Assembly: GCA_008080745.1 (NCBI GenBank)
Contig: SHMX01000004.1
Coordinates: forward strand, 150,001 to 182,000
Length of the DNA: 32,000 nt
Origin: Candidatus Thorarchaeota archaeon
GTDB lineage: Archaea; Asgardarchaeota; Thorarchaeia; Thorarchaeales; Thorarchaeaceae
Reading direction: 5' to 3'
A program made the translations under genes and the position numbers. The notes under the pieces were generated by a model. That model was not told the DNA's origin, did no database searches, and worked only from the letters and a program-made list of their open reading frames with translations. Positions within the stretch are counted from its first letter, which is position 1, and every line of letters begins with the position of its first letter. Of this stretch, positions 8,578 to 18,846 are shown in pieces.

Positions 8578-11500
8578 TTGAAAACTAGGATGTTGACAGT
8601 TCTAATCATAGCGATATTTATCATTCCACTTGTGTCTGATACTGGAAACCATCTTCCTTATGAAAATAAATCCAAATCTATGGTAGAGAGTCCCATTCAA
8701 CAGTCAATATCTTCATCGGATCCTGGAGTTACTAGCGAACCAAGGGTCTATTCTATTATCGAATTACCCGATGCAGAAATCACCTCTTCTGCATGGGAAT
8801 GGTCCTTTTTGTTGAATGAATCTGGTCTGGTTACAAATGTGTTTACTGTAAATGAGATCTTAAGCAATTCAGCCTTACTTGATAATTCCGAGGTCATCCT
8901 ATTAGACAGCAGTCTTGGTTCCTATAATTCAACTGTGGTGTCAGATAGTTTGCTTGATATCCTGATTTTTCGAGACGCTCCTCTGTTTCTATTGGGACAA
9001 GCTGCTTGGTTGCTTTATCGTTTGCGAGGATCGAGTCCACCCTCTTCGACCGCTCTTTCTACCTCTATTCTCCTTTCTACAACAGATTATGAAGGAGCGG
9101 TCTTTCTAGATTATCCCTACAGTTTGGTGATTGGGAGTGAGTTGACCACTGAAAATATGGATATCCCGATTGATACAATTCAGACCGAACATTCTCGGAT
9201 TGTCAATCTATTAGATCGTGAGAATGCAGGTCAACTCTCCCCACTCCGATATGATTCGTGGCCATTGGATGCTTTTCTTTTTGCACCATCCATACCCAAT
9301 TTACTTACGAATACTGGAAAGAAGCTGCTTGTGAATGTACTTGCATATTCTTCTGCTCTTAGTGAGAGTTCAACTACTCGCGTTTTGCAGGAGCATCAAG
9401 TTACAGAATCCTCTCCTTTTTTGGGCGGATTCGAATACTACCATGAACAAAAAATTGCATCTACATATCATGCAGTTAAAGCAATCAAAAATCTAAATAA
9501 CAACTCAGCTTGGGAGTCATGGGTACTGAATTCTAACTCATCGATACTCGATCTTCTTAACCGGTTATATGTTCAAGATAATTCGGAAGCTGGGTTCTTA
9601 TCATCACAATCAAGCTCGTCCTATACTGTCAAGAATACTGCTCAAGGTCTCTGGCTTGTTAGTGTGTTAGGCCTTACTGATTTTTTCAATGTTTCTGCCC
9701 TTTCAGAATATATCGCAAATCACCAAGAGGTTGAAGGCGGTTTTGAAAATGATATCATTGTGACATCAGTTGTACTGTCGTCTCTGTCAGAAAGTGGTGA
9801 ATTATCAAAGATTAGTATCATTGATGCAGAATATTGGATGCGGTCCTGTGTTATTGATGGCAGTAAAACAACCAACTCAAAATTATGGGGTGGAATTGGC
9901 AGAAATCCAACAGATTTGAACCCATCAACCCAATATGCATATGCCTATCTCACAGGACTTCAAGCTTTGGGCGAATCCCATGATGATCCTTTGAAACTTG
10001 CCGAATGGATTACGAAAAAGGTTGGTAACGCAGATGGTTCATATAATAATACAATTGATTCGGTTGCTGAAATTATTATTGGAACTGCTTGTGCTCTTTC
10101 TTCACTAAATATTATGGGTACTTTGAATGCAGAGAATCGAACTAATGGGTTCAATTGGATTGTAACCAATCAACTTGAGTCTGGTGGATTTGGTATAAGA
10201 GATGCTGATAGTGATATAGTTGCTAAGATAGAAGAATCTTATCTGGTATCTGCTTGCTTAAATCTAATTGGCGAAAGGGATAGTAGCACCTCTGAAAAAC
10301 TTCTGAATTTCGTGAAGATGTGTAAGTCTGAAACAGGTTTTGAAGAAATGCAACGTCTACCCAGCTTGATGTGGAGTTCATGGTTGTCGTCCATTGCAAG
10401 ATATACTCATGGCTGGAACCATTTGAATCAAGAATTGTTTGATTCGTATCTTAGTATTTTCTCTTCATGGAGCATCTATCCCTTTTGGAATAATCTTTCA
10501 ATTCTACTTGCAAACGAATATAGTTTCAATCAATATCGAACAAAAAGTGTTTGGAGTCAGTACTTTGGCGTGACTGCTGCAACCTCATTAGGACTGGAGC
10601 TATCATCCGATATCATTGACACTACTGAGGCTTATCTTATAATTCAACAGGATTCTTCAGGACATTATCGAAACTCAATGAGCCTAGATACCCCCTCAAT
10701 TCAGTTTAGTGTTGCAGCTATTGAAACCCTATATCTAATGGGCTCAATTGACTCAATCCAATATCGAAGTGAATTGGAGACCAAAATATTGGAGGAGTAT
10801 TCCTCAGGTTCTTGGAATATTGAGTCATGGACTCTACGACCTTTTGAAGGTAATCAACCTGTAATTGATTGGTTATCAACCAGAGCTGCATTGAGATTAG
10901 ATATAGTCACATCCACAATGGCCTCTGAAATTGCTTCAGTGATAGAGGCTCGTGTACAATACGAAGACCTATGGGCATTGAGCTGTGATGTTGCGACTCT
11001 TGCTCTCTTGAATAGCTCTGGATTTACCATCGATTTGGATAGTGTGAATTCATCTCGTATATTAGAAGAACTTGATACATCATTAATCATTGAGGGTTGG
11101 TTTAACAACACTCAAGAATGGCAACCTGTATACACAGCATCCGTATTAGAGATGATCTCTATTCTTGGTCTGCGGTTACAAATCTCTGACATTCAGGGAA
11201 CTACGGTTTCAGCTTCATGTTCACCTAACTATCATCTTGGCGATTCCATTGAACTATCAGTATCAATATCCGGGGGTCATATGACACATACGCTTGTAGT
11301 TTATGCTTTCAACACAGCAACATTATTTGATAATGTGCTCTATACTGATTCAGTTCATATTCAAGTACCAGAATCAGCAGATGCACTCGGTGCGGCAAGT
11401 ATCTATATTATGATCTTTGATTGGAATACATCAAGATCTTTTGATATTTGTAATATTGGAATATACGGGATTCTTTCAGGGAATTTATCCGTTCATACAC

Positions 11501-14500
11501 CTGAGATACTTCCAGGTCAAGTTCTTAATTCAACAATTGAATTCGCTTTAGATAATGGTGAAGATATTGGGATTTGTAATATTACAGCAGGATTAGAGAA
11601 TTCTACTCACTATTTCGAATGGAGCTATATTGGCAGTTCTCCTTTTGATATCCAGCTACCAACTACTGATCTCTCCCCCGATGAATACAACCTATCTATT
11701 GTAATTACTCATGACTACTGCGACCCACTGACTCAACATGAAATTGTTTACATTCACTCACCAATTCCTACTTACATCCAATCTTCTGGTAATCAAAATG
11801 GTTCTGTGGGGTTGGAGCTATCAATTGACTGTTCACTTCATTTTGTATCAAATGACAGTATGATCTCTGATCAAACAATCTTACTAACCATATACAATGC
11901 AGAAAGCCAAGTTGTGTATAGTGATTATCTTATCTCGGATTCAACATCTTCAGCCTTTGATTGGATTCCTGAGCAAAAAGGTAACTATACTTACAATCTT
12001 GAATTTGCACAAAATAACTCATACGTTTCATCCAAAACATCGGGAAATATCAAAGTTTTCGAGCATTCCGAGTTAGAATGGTTTTCAAATAACAGTGCCA
12101 TTCAATATGAGCCTATTTCTCTAACTGGTCGTTTGACAAACTCAAGTGGGTATCCCATTGTTTCTGTTGATGTTTCAGTGATTGTAACAGACCCGAGTTC
12201 TGTTGTTGTAATTGATTCAGTATATACGACAAATTCAACGGGTTTCTTTGTCTTCCCTCTAACACTTTCCGAAAATGGGTATTATGAGATCAAGTTAGAA
12301 TACCTTGGTTCCATCTATGTTGTTGGTGATCAGTTGGAAACGACGTTATTATCTTGGACGACTACAAATGTCACGATTTCCGGATTGCCCACCGATGGTA
12401 TTGTTGATCACCAATATACAATTATTTCACGTTTAGTTGATTCAGCAAACAATCCCCTCATTGGTATACAGATAACCCTCAAGATTACATATCTTCCTTC
12501 CTCAGTCGTTTACAATACTGTCTTTGTCACAAATGGGACTGGGCATATCGATATGGATTGGTCTGGTTCCATTGCAGGATCATATAAGATTGAAGCGCTG
12601 TTCCTTGGCTCTAATTCCTTAGTAGAATCAAATAGCTCTTCTCAGATAGATTTGAGATTGGGCCTTCAAATTATAATCATCACTGATTCAAGTTATGATG
12701 TTAATAAAACGGGAACTATTACTATTGAGGTAATAGACCAAAATGGTGATGCAGTATCAGATTTGATTACTCAAATTGATATAACCGATATTTTTGGTGA
12801 ATTAGTATACACGACAATAGGAACAGTTGAATCTGGATATTTGCATCTGGATTGGAGTCCAACAATCCGGGGGCACCTAAATATTTGTTCCACTGTCAAT
12901 CGACAATTTTGGTACGATGCCGCAACTGAATGGAATGAAATTCAGGTCTATGATACTCCCAATATTTCTACCTTCGTAGTGAGTCAACTAATTGCTCCTT
13001 CTTCTTTTGATACACTGGTTTCCATAAAAGACACAGATTCTAATGCCATCCAGAATGTTGTGTGTGATATAGTTGTCAGAATGAATGATGATGTTATTCT
13101 TACTGGTTCATATACTACCAACTCGTTAGGAAATATATCCCTGAATTTTGAAGTAGTGTGCCCGGGTATTCTATCCATCTCTATTTCATTTGAATCTCAG
13201 GCATGGCTAAGGAATACCTCAAGTGAAACTCTATATGACATATCTGGGAGTTCCTCTTTGACATTAACAACACCTGGTCAACCAATCAATCAAGGTACTA
13301 CTGTCATTATTGTAGCTACTCTTCTAGATTGGAATAATCAGCCTATCTCTGGAGTAACAATACAGATTCAAATAAAATGGGCAAATGGGAGCTTGATTCA
13401 ATCAACAAATAAGACATCAAGCATTGCTGGGAAAGTCAGTGTATCGTTTACCTTTACAGCTGTTGGAGATTATACTATTACTGCTTCTTTTCTAGGTGAT
13501 TCTGACAATGCAGCTTCGCAGAGTAGTTCCCCACAAAGAGTCTATGTTACACCCAATGTTCAATTAGAAGTTGGACAGACCTGTATACTGGGAGATTCAA
13601 TATCCATAGGCATAGGAATCACTAATACCTATTCAGGTTTCATTCAAGGAAGAACACTTCTATTGCAACTAATCCAAGATAGTATTGTAATTCACGAAGA
13701 ACAAGTTGAATCTGGCAATGACTTGCAATATTTGACTTGGAATCCTATAAAACGAGGGATCGTCAGTATCTCACTATACCATGCAGGAGATCTCTATTAT
13801 TACTCCAATAATACTGAAGACACACTAACAGTATTTGAACAGATTACAAGCGATTTTACTACGAGTGAATCATCTATTGAATTGTATGAAAACGTTACTT
13901 TCACTTATGCCATCAATGATGCTTCCAATAAGACTGGTATTATGATAGAATTTCAAGTGCTAGGTATCGACCTAGTTCCTATCTGGACATCACAACAATC
14001 GACTAATTCCTCTGGCATTTCACTGCTTCATTATACATGCGATGACTCTCATGGAATTCTGACTGTTCGAGCTTTTCCCATTGACAACCAGTATCTTGTT
14101 GGGGGTGAAAAACAGAAACAGCTAACGATTCTAACCGATTGTATTGTGAATCTCGGATTTTCACCTAGTCCAGCCTCCCTAGATAAGAGCATCAACATAT
14201 CGGTTCTTGTATTAGATGAGTTCTCATTACCATTATCTAGCATAAGTGTTACAATTGCCCTTGATGACCCTCGTGGTAATCCTGTTAAGTTAGGCTCATG
14301 GAGCAATACAATAACTGTTCAAACTGATAATATGGGATATGCCCGTGTTTCTATTACACTTCAATTAAGTGGACTTTATACAATTTCTGCTGATTCTCCA
14401 GGTACAGTATCCGTTCATGGCTTTTCAGAATCCGAGCTACATGCCATATTCTGTCCCACGGAATTAACTTTGGAAGTGAACCAGACTGATATCCGGGTTG

Positions 14501-16413
14501 GGGACGGAGTCAAAATATTAGCCTCATTACGTGATTATTTTGAAGTTGGAATGGCATCACAGAACATTGTTTTCTTTTTGGATGGACCGGGAAGTACGTC
14601 CATTGGTCCAACAACACTCGTAACAAATTCTTCAGGATATGCAATTTGGGATGTCACTATTGATATTGAAGGACTCTGGACACTAACAGTGAGCTTTGAG
14701 GGAATTGGAGTATATTTAGAATCTGATTGCAGCTATCAGATAGATGTAGATTACCCAACATCATTAATTGTTGACTATGAAACGGGACAGAATCCTATTG
14801 CAGGTGTAAAACCTCTCTCAGTTTCTGTTCTATTAGTAGATGGTGATGATGCACCTCTAGAGGGATTCACTATCAAATATTCCATATATCATGAAATCTT
14901 TGGTCTTGTGGATAGTGGCTCAGTTATCCAGTTTGGACAGATTGCAATTGAATTGAATATCTCTTTCTCAGTCATGGGCGAACATACTATCATTTTTGAT
15001 TTTGATGGAACAACTCATTACCATCCATCGTCATCAGCTTTAATGAGCTGGGTTCTAGGAACCACGGCGATTAACATTACATTACCTACTAACATTGAAA
15101 GATCGCAGAAAACCAATGCAACTATCACACTTTCTGACGAGTCGAATTACCTTCTTACTCCACATCCGTCTTTTGTCGAGCTCGAGCTTGAAAATGGGCA
15201 CGGCTTCATTGATTTGGGTGATAGATTGTTGTGGTTTGATTCACAGTTAGTAGTTAATGTGTCCACTCTTCCTGTAGGCACATATTCCTTACATATATGG
15301 ACAGAAAATACTGAACTACGTATTGGGACTGAACTACATTATTTATTCAATGTCACTTCAACCACCAAACTGGAAATAATTGATAACTCTCTCACTTTCA
15401 TAATCAACGAAGCTCAAAGTGTTACCTTCATTCTTCTTGATTCTTTAGAATCTGAGATTCCTGAAAAAGACGTTCGAATCAGTTTATTTGATCCTAATGG
15501 ACGGGAGATTTTTGGTAGTCCTCTTACAACATATTCCCTTATCTCAATACCCTCTGGTGGATATGAATTGACATGGACTCCTTCACTAACAGGTAATTAC
15601 TCTCTAGTCATAAATTTCGAAGGCGATACATACCTAGATTCTGCGGTGCTTGAAATGGATATTCTGGTACGTGTTCGAACTACCTTGACTCTTGAGGTTT
15701 CAGATGAAGTTGACTTTGGTAATCCGATAACACTTTCAGTCAATATTGTTGGAGGCCTTTCAAGAATGAAGAACACCTCAATCATTGTTTCTCTGTACTA
15801 TCTAGATGAGTTCTTATCGGATTATAGTCTAACCACCTCGTCAAATGGTATCGCCTCTTCTGAAATACAAGTTCCTTTAGCTGGAGATTACATAGTGGTT
15901 GCAAACTATGTGGGAACAAATTACTATGCTCCATCAAGTGCTAATTCATCATTTAGAGTTTTACCAAGAATGACAGTAAGTGTAACTGACTCATCAGGTC
16001 TTCATGTTGGGGTAAATTGCTCAGTAATATTTGAGATTCATGTTATTGGAGTATCTCTAAACTGGAGTGGAGTTTCAAATATTATAGTCATATCTCCCAC
16101 TACATCCATAATTTACAATTACACTATCACTATTGGCGCATTTGATGTTTTTCAGTTGTCATTTGTTCCTGATAACACAGGTGTATATTTACTAACCTTT
16201 AGGATATCTCCAGTACCACTATTTGAAAATCTTACACAGAATCTTCAGATGAATGCAATAGAACCTCCCATATATCTAACGCTTGATATGGGGACTGTTC
16301 CAGTTATTGGAGGTCTTGGAATAATAGGTGTCTTGGTAGCTGTGTTTCTTTCACGATTTGGAAAGATTTCTGGAAAACTACCAACTGAGTGGGCAGTTGA
16401 TAAGAAATCCTAG
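8578..16413 (+). CDS. Giant secreted, C-terminally anchored surface protein: prenyltransferase/squalene-oxidase-type repeats plus many Ig-like (Big-type) domains
   Basis: GGAGGT SD 6 nt before TTG 8578 (track ATG is 8560). Signal peptide KTRMLTVLIIAIFIIPLVS. About 12 Q-x3-G-G/S-F/W repeats (nt ~9400-11175). Beta-rich repeats with T(N/D)xxG and (Y/F)xGxxxYxxS motifs (nt ~11180-16260). TM helix VPVIGGLGIIGVLVAVFL then a short basic tail. Many N-x-S/T sequons. Confidence 0.85.
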   Translation: MKTRMLTVLIIAIFIIPLVSDTGNHLPYENKSKSMVESPIQQSISSSDPGVTSEPRVYSIIELPDAEITSSAWEWSFLLNESGLVTNVFTVNEILSNSALLDNSEVILLDSSLGSYNSTVVSDSLLDILIFRDAPLFLLGQAAWLLYRLRGSSPPSSTALSTSILLSTTDYEGAVFLDYPYSLVIGSELTTENMDIPIDTIQTEHSRIVNLLDRENAGQLSPLRYDSWPLDAFLFAPSIPNLLTNTGKKLLVNVLAYSSALSESSTTRVLQEHQVTESSPFLGGFEYYHEQKIASTYHAVKAIKNLNNNSAWESWVLNSNSSILDLLNRLYVQDNSEAGFLSSQSSSSYTVKNTAQGLWLVSVLGLTDFFNVSALSEYIANHQEVEGGFENDIIVTSVVLSSLSESGELSKISIIDAEYWMRSCVIDGSKTTNSKLWGGIGRNPTDLNPSTQYAYAYLTGLQALGESHDDPLKLAEWITKKVGNADGSYNNTIDSVAEIIIGTACALSSLNIMGTLNAENRTNGFNWIVTNQLESGGFGIRDADSDIVAKIEESYLVSACLNLIGERDSSTSEKLLNFVKMCKSETGFEEMQRLPSLMWSSWLSSIARYTHGWNHLNQELFDSYLSIFSSWSIYPFWNNLSILLANEYSFNQYRTKSVWSQYFGVTAATSLGLELSSDIIDTTEAYLIIQQDSSGHYRNSMSLDTPSIQFSVAAIETLYLMGSIDSIQYRSELETKILEEYSSGSWNIESWTLRPFEGNQPVIDWLSTRAALRLDIVTSTMASEIASVIEARVQYEDLWALSCDVATLALLNSSGFTIDLDSVNSSRILEELDTSLIIEGWFNNTQEWQPVYTASVLEMISILGLRLQISDIQGTTVSASCSPNYHLGDSIELSVSISGGHMTHTLVVYAFNTATLFDNVLYTDSVHIQVPESADALGAASIYIMIFDWNTSRSFDICNIGIYGILSGNLSVHTPEILPGQVLNSTIEFALDNGEDIGICNITAGLENSTHYFEWSYIGSSPFDIQLPTTDLSPDEYNLSIVITHDYCDPLTQHEIVYIHSPIPTYIQSSGNQNGSVGLELSIDCSLHFVSNDSMISDQTILLTIYNAESQVVYSDYLISDSTSSAFDWIPEQKGNYTYNLEFAQNNSYVSSKTSGNIKVFEHSELEWFSNNSAIQYEPISLTGRLTNSSGYPIVSVDVSVIVTDPSSVVVIDSVYTTNSTGFFVFPLTLSENGYYEIKLEYLGSIYVVGDQLETTLLSWTTTNVTISGLPTDGIVDHQYTIISRLVDSANNPLIGIQITLKITYLPSSVVYNTVFVTNGTGHIDMDWSGSIAGSYKIEALFLGSNSLVESNSSSQIDLRLGLQIIIITDSSYDVNKTGTITIEVIDQNGDAVSDLITQIDITDIFGELVYTTIGTVESGYLHLDWSPTIRGHLNICSTVNRQFWYDAATEWNEIQVYDTPNISTFVVSQLIAPSSFDTLVSIKDTDSNAIQNVVCDIVVRMNDDVILTGSYTTNSLGNISLNFEVVCPGILSISISFESQAWLRNTSSETLYDISGSSSLTLTTPGQPINQGTTVIIVATLLDWNNQPISGVTIQIQIKWANGSLIQSTNKTSSIAGKVSVSFTFTAVGDYTITASFLGDSDNAASQSSSPQRVYVTPNVQLEVGQTCILGDSISIGIGITNTYSGFIQGRTLLLQLIQDSIVIHEEQVESGNDLQYLTWNPIKRGIVSISLYHAGDLYYYSNNTEDTLTVFEQITSDFTTSESSIELYENVTFTYAINDASNKTGIMIEFQVLGIDLVPIWTSQQSTNSSGISLLHYTCDDSHGILTVRAFPIDNQYLVGGEKQKQLTILTDCIVNLGFSPSPASLDKSINISVLVLDEFSLPLSSISVTIALDDPRGNPVKLGSWSNTITVQTDNMGYARVSITLQLSGLYTISADSPGTVSVHGFSESELHAIFCPTELTLEVNQTDIRVGDGVKILASLRDYFEVGMASQNIVFFLDGPGSTSIGPTTLVTNSSGYAIWDVTIDIEGLWTLTVSFEGIGVYLESDCSYQIDVDYPTSLIVDYETGQNPIAGVKPLSVSVLLVDGDDAPLEGFTIKYSIYHEIFGLVDSGSVIQFGQIAIELNISFSVMGEHTIIFDFDGTTHYHPSSSALMSWVLGTTAINITLPTNIERSQKTNATITLSDESNYLLTPHPSFVELELENGHGFIDLGDRLLWFDSQLVVNVSTLPVGTYSLHIWTENTELRIGTELHYLFNVTSTTKLEIIDNSLTFIINEAQSVTFILLDSLESEIPEKDVRISLFDPNGREIFGSPLTTYSLISIPSGGYELTWTPSLTGNYSLVINFEGDTYLDSAVLEMDILVRVRTTLTLEVSDEVDFGNPITLSVNIVGGLSRMKNTSIIVSLYYLDEFLSDYSLTTSSNGIASSEIQVPLAGDYIVVANYVGTNYYAPSSANSSFRVLPRMTVSVTDSSGLHVGVNCSVIFEIHVIGVSLNWSGVSNIIVISPTTSIIYNYTITIGAFDVFQLSFVPDNTGVYLLTFRISPVPLFENLTQNLQMNAIEPPIYLTLDMGTVPVIGGLGIIGVLVAVFLSRFGKISGKLPTEWAVDKKS

Positions 16414-16434
16414 TGGGATATCTCCGTTGGATTC

Positions 16435-18405
16435 TCATCTGATTTGAGAAAGCAATCCGGAGAGATCTTCATCCCATGTGTCATCGCTTAGTAGCAATCT
16501 TTGGTGGAGATCATTTCTGTAAGATTTGTATCCGCGCATTCTTTCAACTCTTAGATTAACTCCTTGTTCAATGGCAACTTCCGGTAGTGTTTGGATAAGA
16601 TAGAGTACTTGATCATGCGGTAGTCTTGAAAGCGCATATAATTGAGTAGAATCTTTCGAAATATGGACCGTAGTTGAGGGTGTATATTTTAGCAATGCCC
16701 GTGCATAAGACAGGACATTTCCGGGAGAACCTTGGGCAATAGAAATTACGGATGGTACTCTATAGAATAAAGGATGGTAAAAGTAATCAATAGCTTTGAT
16801 TCTATCTAATTTTTCAATTGCTTCACTAACAGAATCTCTATCAACTGAGAAGAAGTTCCAGTATTCTTGATTCTCCGTAGCTGAAAGATATACGCGTTGG
16901 GAGGCAAAATCAAGCGCTTTGGCATCTTTCTTGGTGATGACTGTTGTTTTCTTTCCTCTCCATCCATCAAATTCGTTATTCAGTCGCCTAATGGAAAATG
17001 TCTTGTTTAGAGACTTTACAATTTGTTTAGTATCTGCTGTCCACTTTTCAGAATCTGAGTCGTATAAATCCAGGTTTACTCTATATTTCGACCATGTTAT
17101 TTCTGTCACTTTTTGGTTAGTTCTTCTCAATCTTTCAATTGCGCGAAATGGCATCGTCATTAATTGAATATACTGAGGTTTCCCAAACATTTCCCCGAAT
17201 TGGATGATCATTTCCAAGTGTTTATGCGGCCATCTATGTGCTGCTCCAATATAGACAACTCTCGGAAGTCCATAAGCTCTTGTTTGGTAAAATGGAGTCA
17301 AGCTGATTCCGTATTCCATTATTGCAAGTCTTTTTTTCCACATCTCTTGTGATTTCTTTGCCTCGTCGGATGATACAGGTGCATGCAGAAATACATCCTC
17401 TTTATTCATTAAATCAATAGAAATATCTATGACTTCTTTTGTCCAATTGGGAAATTGTTCCATTAAAACCTCAACAGCAAGATACCATGGTTCACGTAAC
17501 CTACTATCCTGCAAACTGCGTTTCGGATATTTTATTTGGCCCTTACTGGCCTTGTCCATTATTTCTGCATATCTTGGAGTTCGAGAATCATCAAGAAGGC
17601 ATTGAAGATGCCCAAACATAAGCAGTCGCAATACCATGGAATCTCCCATTTTTCCAAGAAAATCAACAGGATCTTCATCAGGTATCTTTCCTTTTGTTAT
17701 CCAAGCAAAAAATATTCGAATTTGCTGTTTGATATCTAACGGATAACTACTAGGGATATATTGATCAATTGCCTCCCTCATTGTTTGTGCTTTTTTAGTT
17801 GATGTGACATTCATTCTCCCCCCCAGAAGAGCTAGCTCTGCCCAATTTGGGGCAGGTTGGTTCACTATTTCCTCTGCATCATAAGGTCGATAAAATACTT
17901 CTTGCCATTCTTGATATATGTCCCAATCAGTCTTCATTATCACATAATTTTTCTCATATTCCTTAATTTCTCTTGATTCAAATACATACCCTGTTTTCGG
18001 ATCAAAAATTGAAATCCAATACCTTTCACTCAGATGAATCTGATTGATTAGAACAATCATCTCTCTGCCTTCTGCTCTTAGCCTATTGACCCATGACCCG
18101 CTAGCAGGAGGATAAAAATCGGGAGGATTCATAACTGGTCCAAGTTGATATGTTTCAATCGATTTGTAAAAAGGACATATCCCTATGACTATTTCTTTGT
18201 CAAGCTGTCTTCTCTCGCTTATTCCAGAAACGTTTGTTAGTATTTCGTATTCAAAATGTAAGAGAATTTGGTTGTCTTTAAAGGTGTATTCAGCATCTTT
18301 TGTGATTAGAACCATCCCATCCTCTGTATATTGGATTTTTGCCCATTGTTTATTAATACCGTCAGATGATATCTTAATTCGAGTTCCTGTTACCTTCCCA
18401 GACAT
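16435..18405 (-). CDS. Large hypothetical protein with Lrp/AsnC-like C-terminal half, distant paralog of 5494-7551
   Basis: Long ORF; ATG 18405 preferred over TTG 18432. Shares LDLYD-x5-W, a wHTH ending in YHP, and a similar C-terminal RAM-like region with the 5494-7551 protein. Confidence 0.6.
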   Translation of the reverse strand: MSGKVTGTRIKISSDGINKQWAKIQYTEDGMVLITKDAEYTFKDNQILLHFEYEILTNVSGISERRQLDKEIVIGICPFYKSIETYQLGPVMNPPDFYPPASGSWVNRLRAEGREMIVLINQIHLSERYWISIFDPKTGYVFESREIKEYEKNYVIMKTDWDIYQEWQEVFYRPYDAEEIVNQPAPNWAELALLGGRMNVTSTKKAQTMREAIDQYIPSSYPLDIKQQIRIFFAWITKGKIPDEDPVDFLGKMGDSMVLRLLMFGHLQCLLDDSRTPRYAEIMDKASKGQIKYPKRSLQDSRLREPWYLAVEVLMEQFPNWTKEVIDISIDLMNKEDVFLHAPVSSDEAKKSQEMWKKRLAIMEYGISLTPFYQTRAYGLPRVVYIGAAHRWPHKHLEMIIQFGEMFGKPQYIQLMTMPFRAIERLRRTNQKVTEITWSKYRVNLDLYDSDSEKWTADTKQIVKSLNKTFSIRRLNNEFDGWRGKKTTVITKKDAKALDFASQRVYLSATENQEYWNFFSVDRDSVSEAIEKLDRIKAIDYFYHPLFYRVPSVISIAQGSPGNVLSYARALLKYTPSTTVHISKDSTQLYALSRLPHDQVLYLIQTLPEVAIEQGVNLRVERMRGYKSYRNDLHQRLLLSDDTWDEDLSGLLSQIR

Positions 18406-18846
18406 CTCTCTTAACCATTGATTGACATACAATTAGTGTATTTAGACTTCTCTAATAATACAGGTGAATTCGGATAGAGAATGGTATGAGATGCCCTCTA
18501 TAGGCATCTCATGTTGCGGAAAATACTATAGCGGATTTACCAGGGGCCGTCTCCGCCAGAGCTGGGCATATTATTTGTCTTGGTCATATTTATTCACTGA
18601 ATACTAGTCCCTCCTGACCGTCGAAAGTTCCGTTGATAATAGTAAGCTAATCTACTGGAGATAATTCCCAAGACTCTATCATGCCAGAAAAAAATTTTTG
18701 GGTTGCTTATTAGGCACTATGTGAAAATCATTATAGAGTTGTAATAAGGTCTCTAGTTGTTTCTTCATAGTTCTATTATGCTATCCTTAGAAAAATCTAA
18801 AATAGAAAAGGAATGAAAGGGTCACGAAGGACGCGACCCTAATAGT

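Noticed and set aside
9400-11175. Giant protein as a class II terpene cyclase or alpha-2-macroglobulin
   Set aside because: No DxDD in the barrel repeats (the only DGDD is in the Ig region) and no GCGEQ thioester motif; the protein is secreted.
11180-16260. Nucleotide-level tandem repeats or a CRISPR-like array in the giant gene
   Set aside because: Repetition is only at the level of loose protein motifs; I saw no exact DNA repeats or repeat-spacer pattern here or elsewhere in the window.
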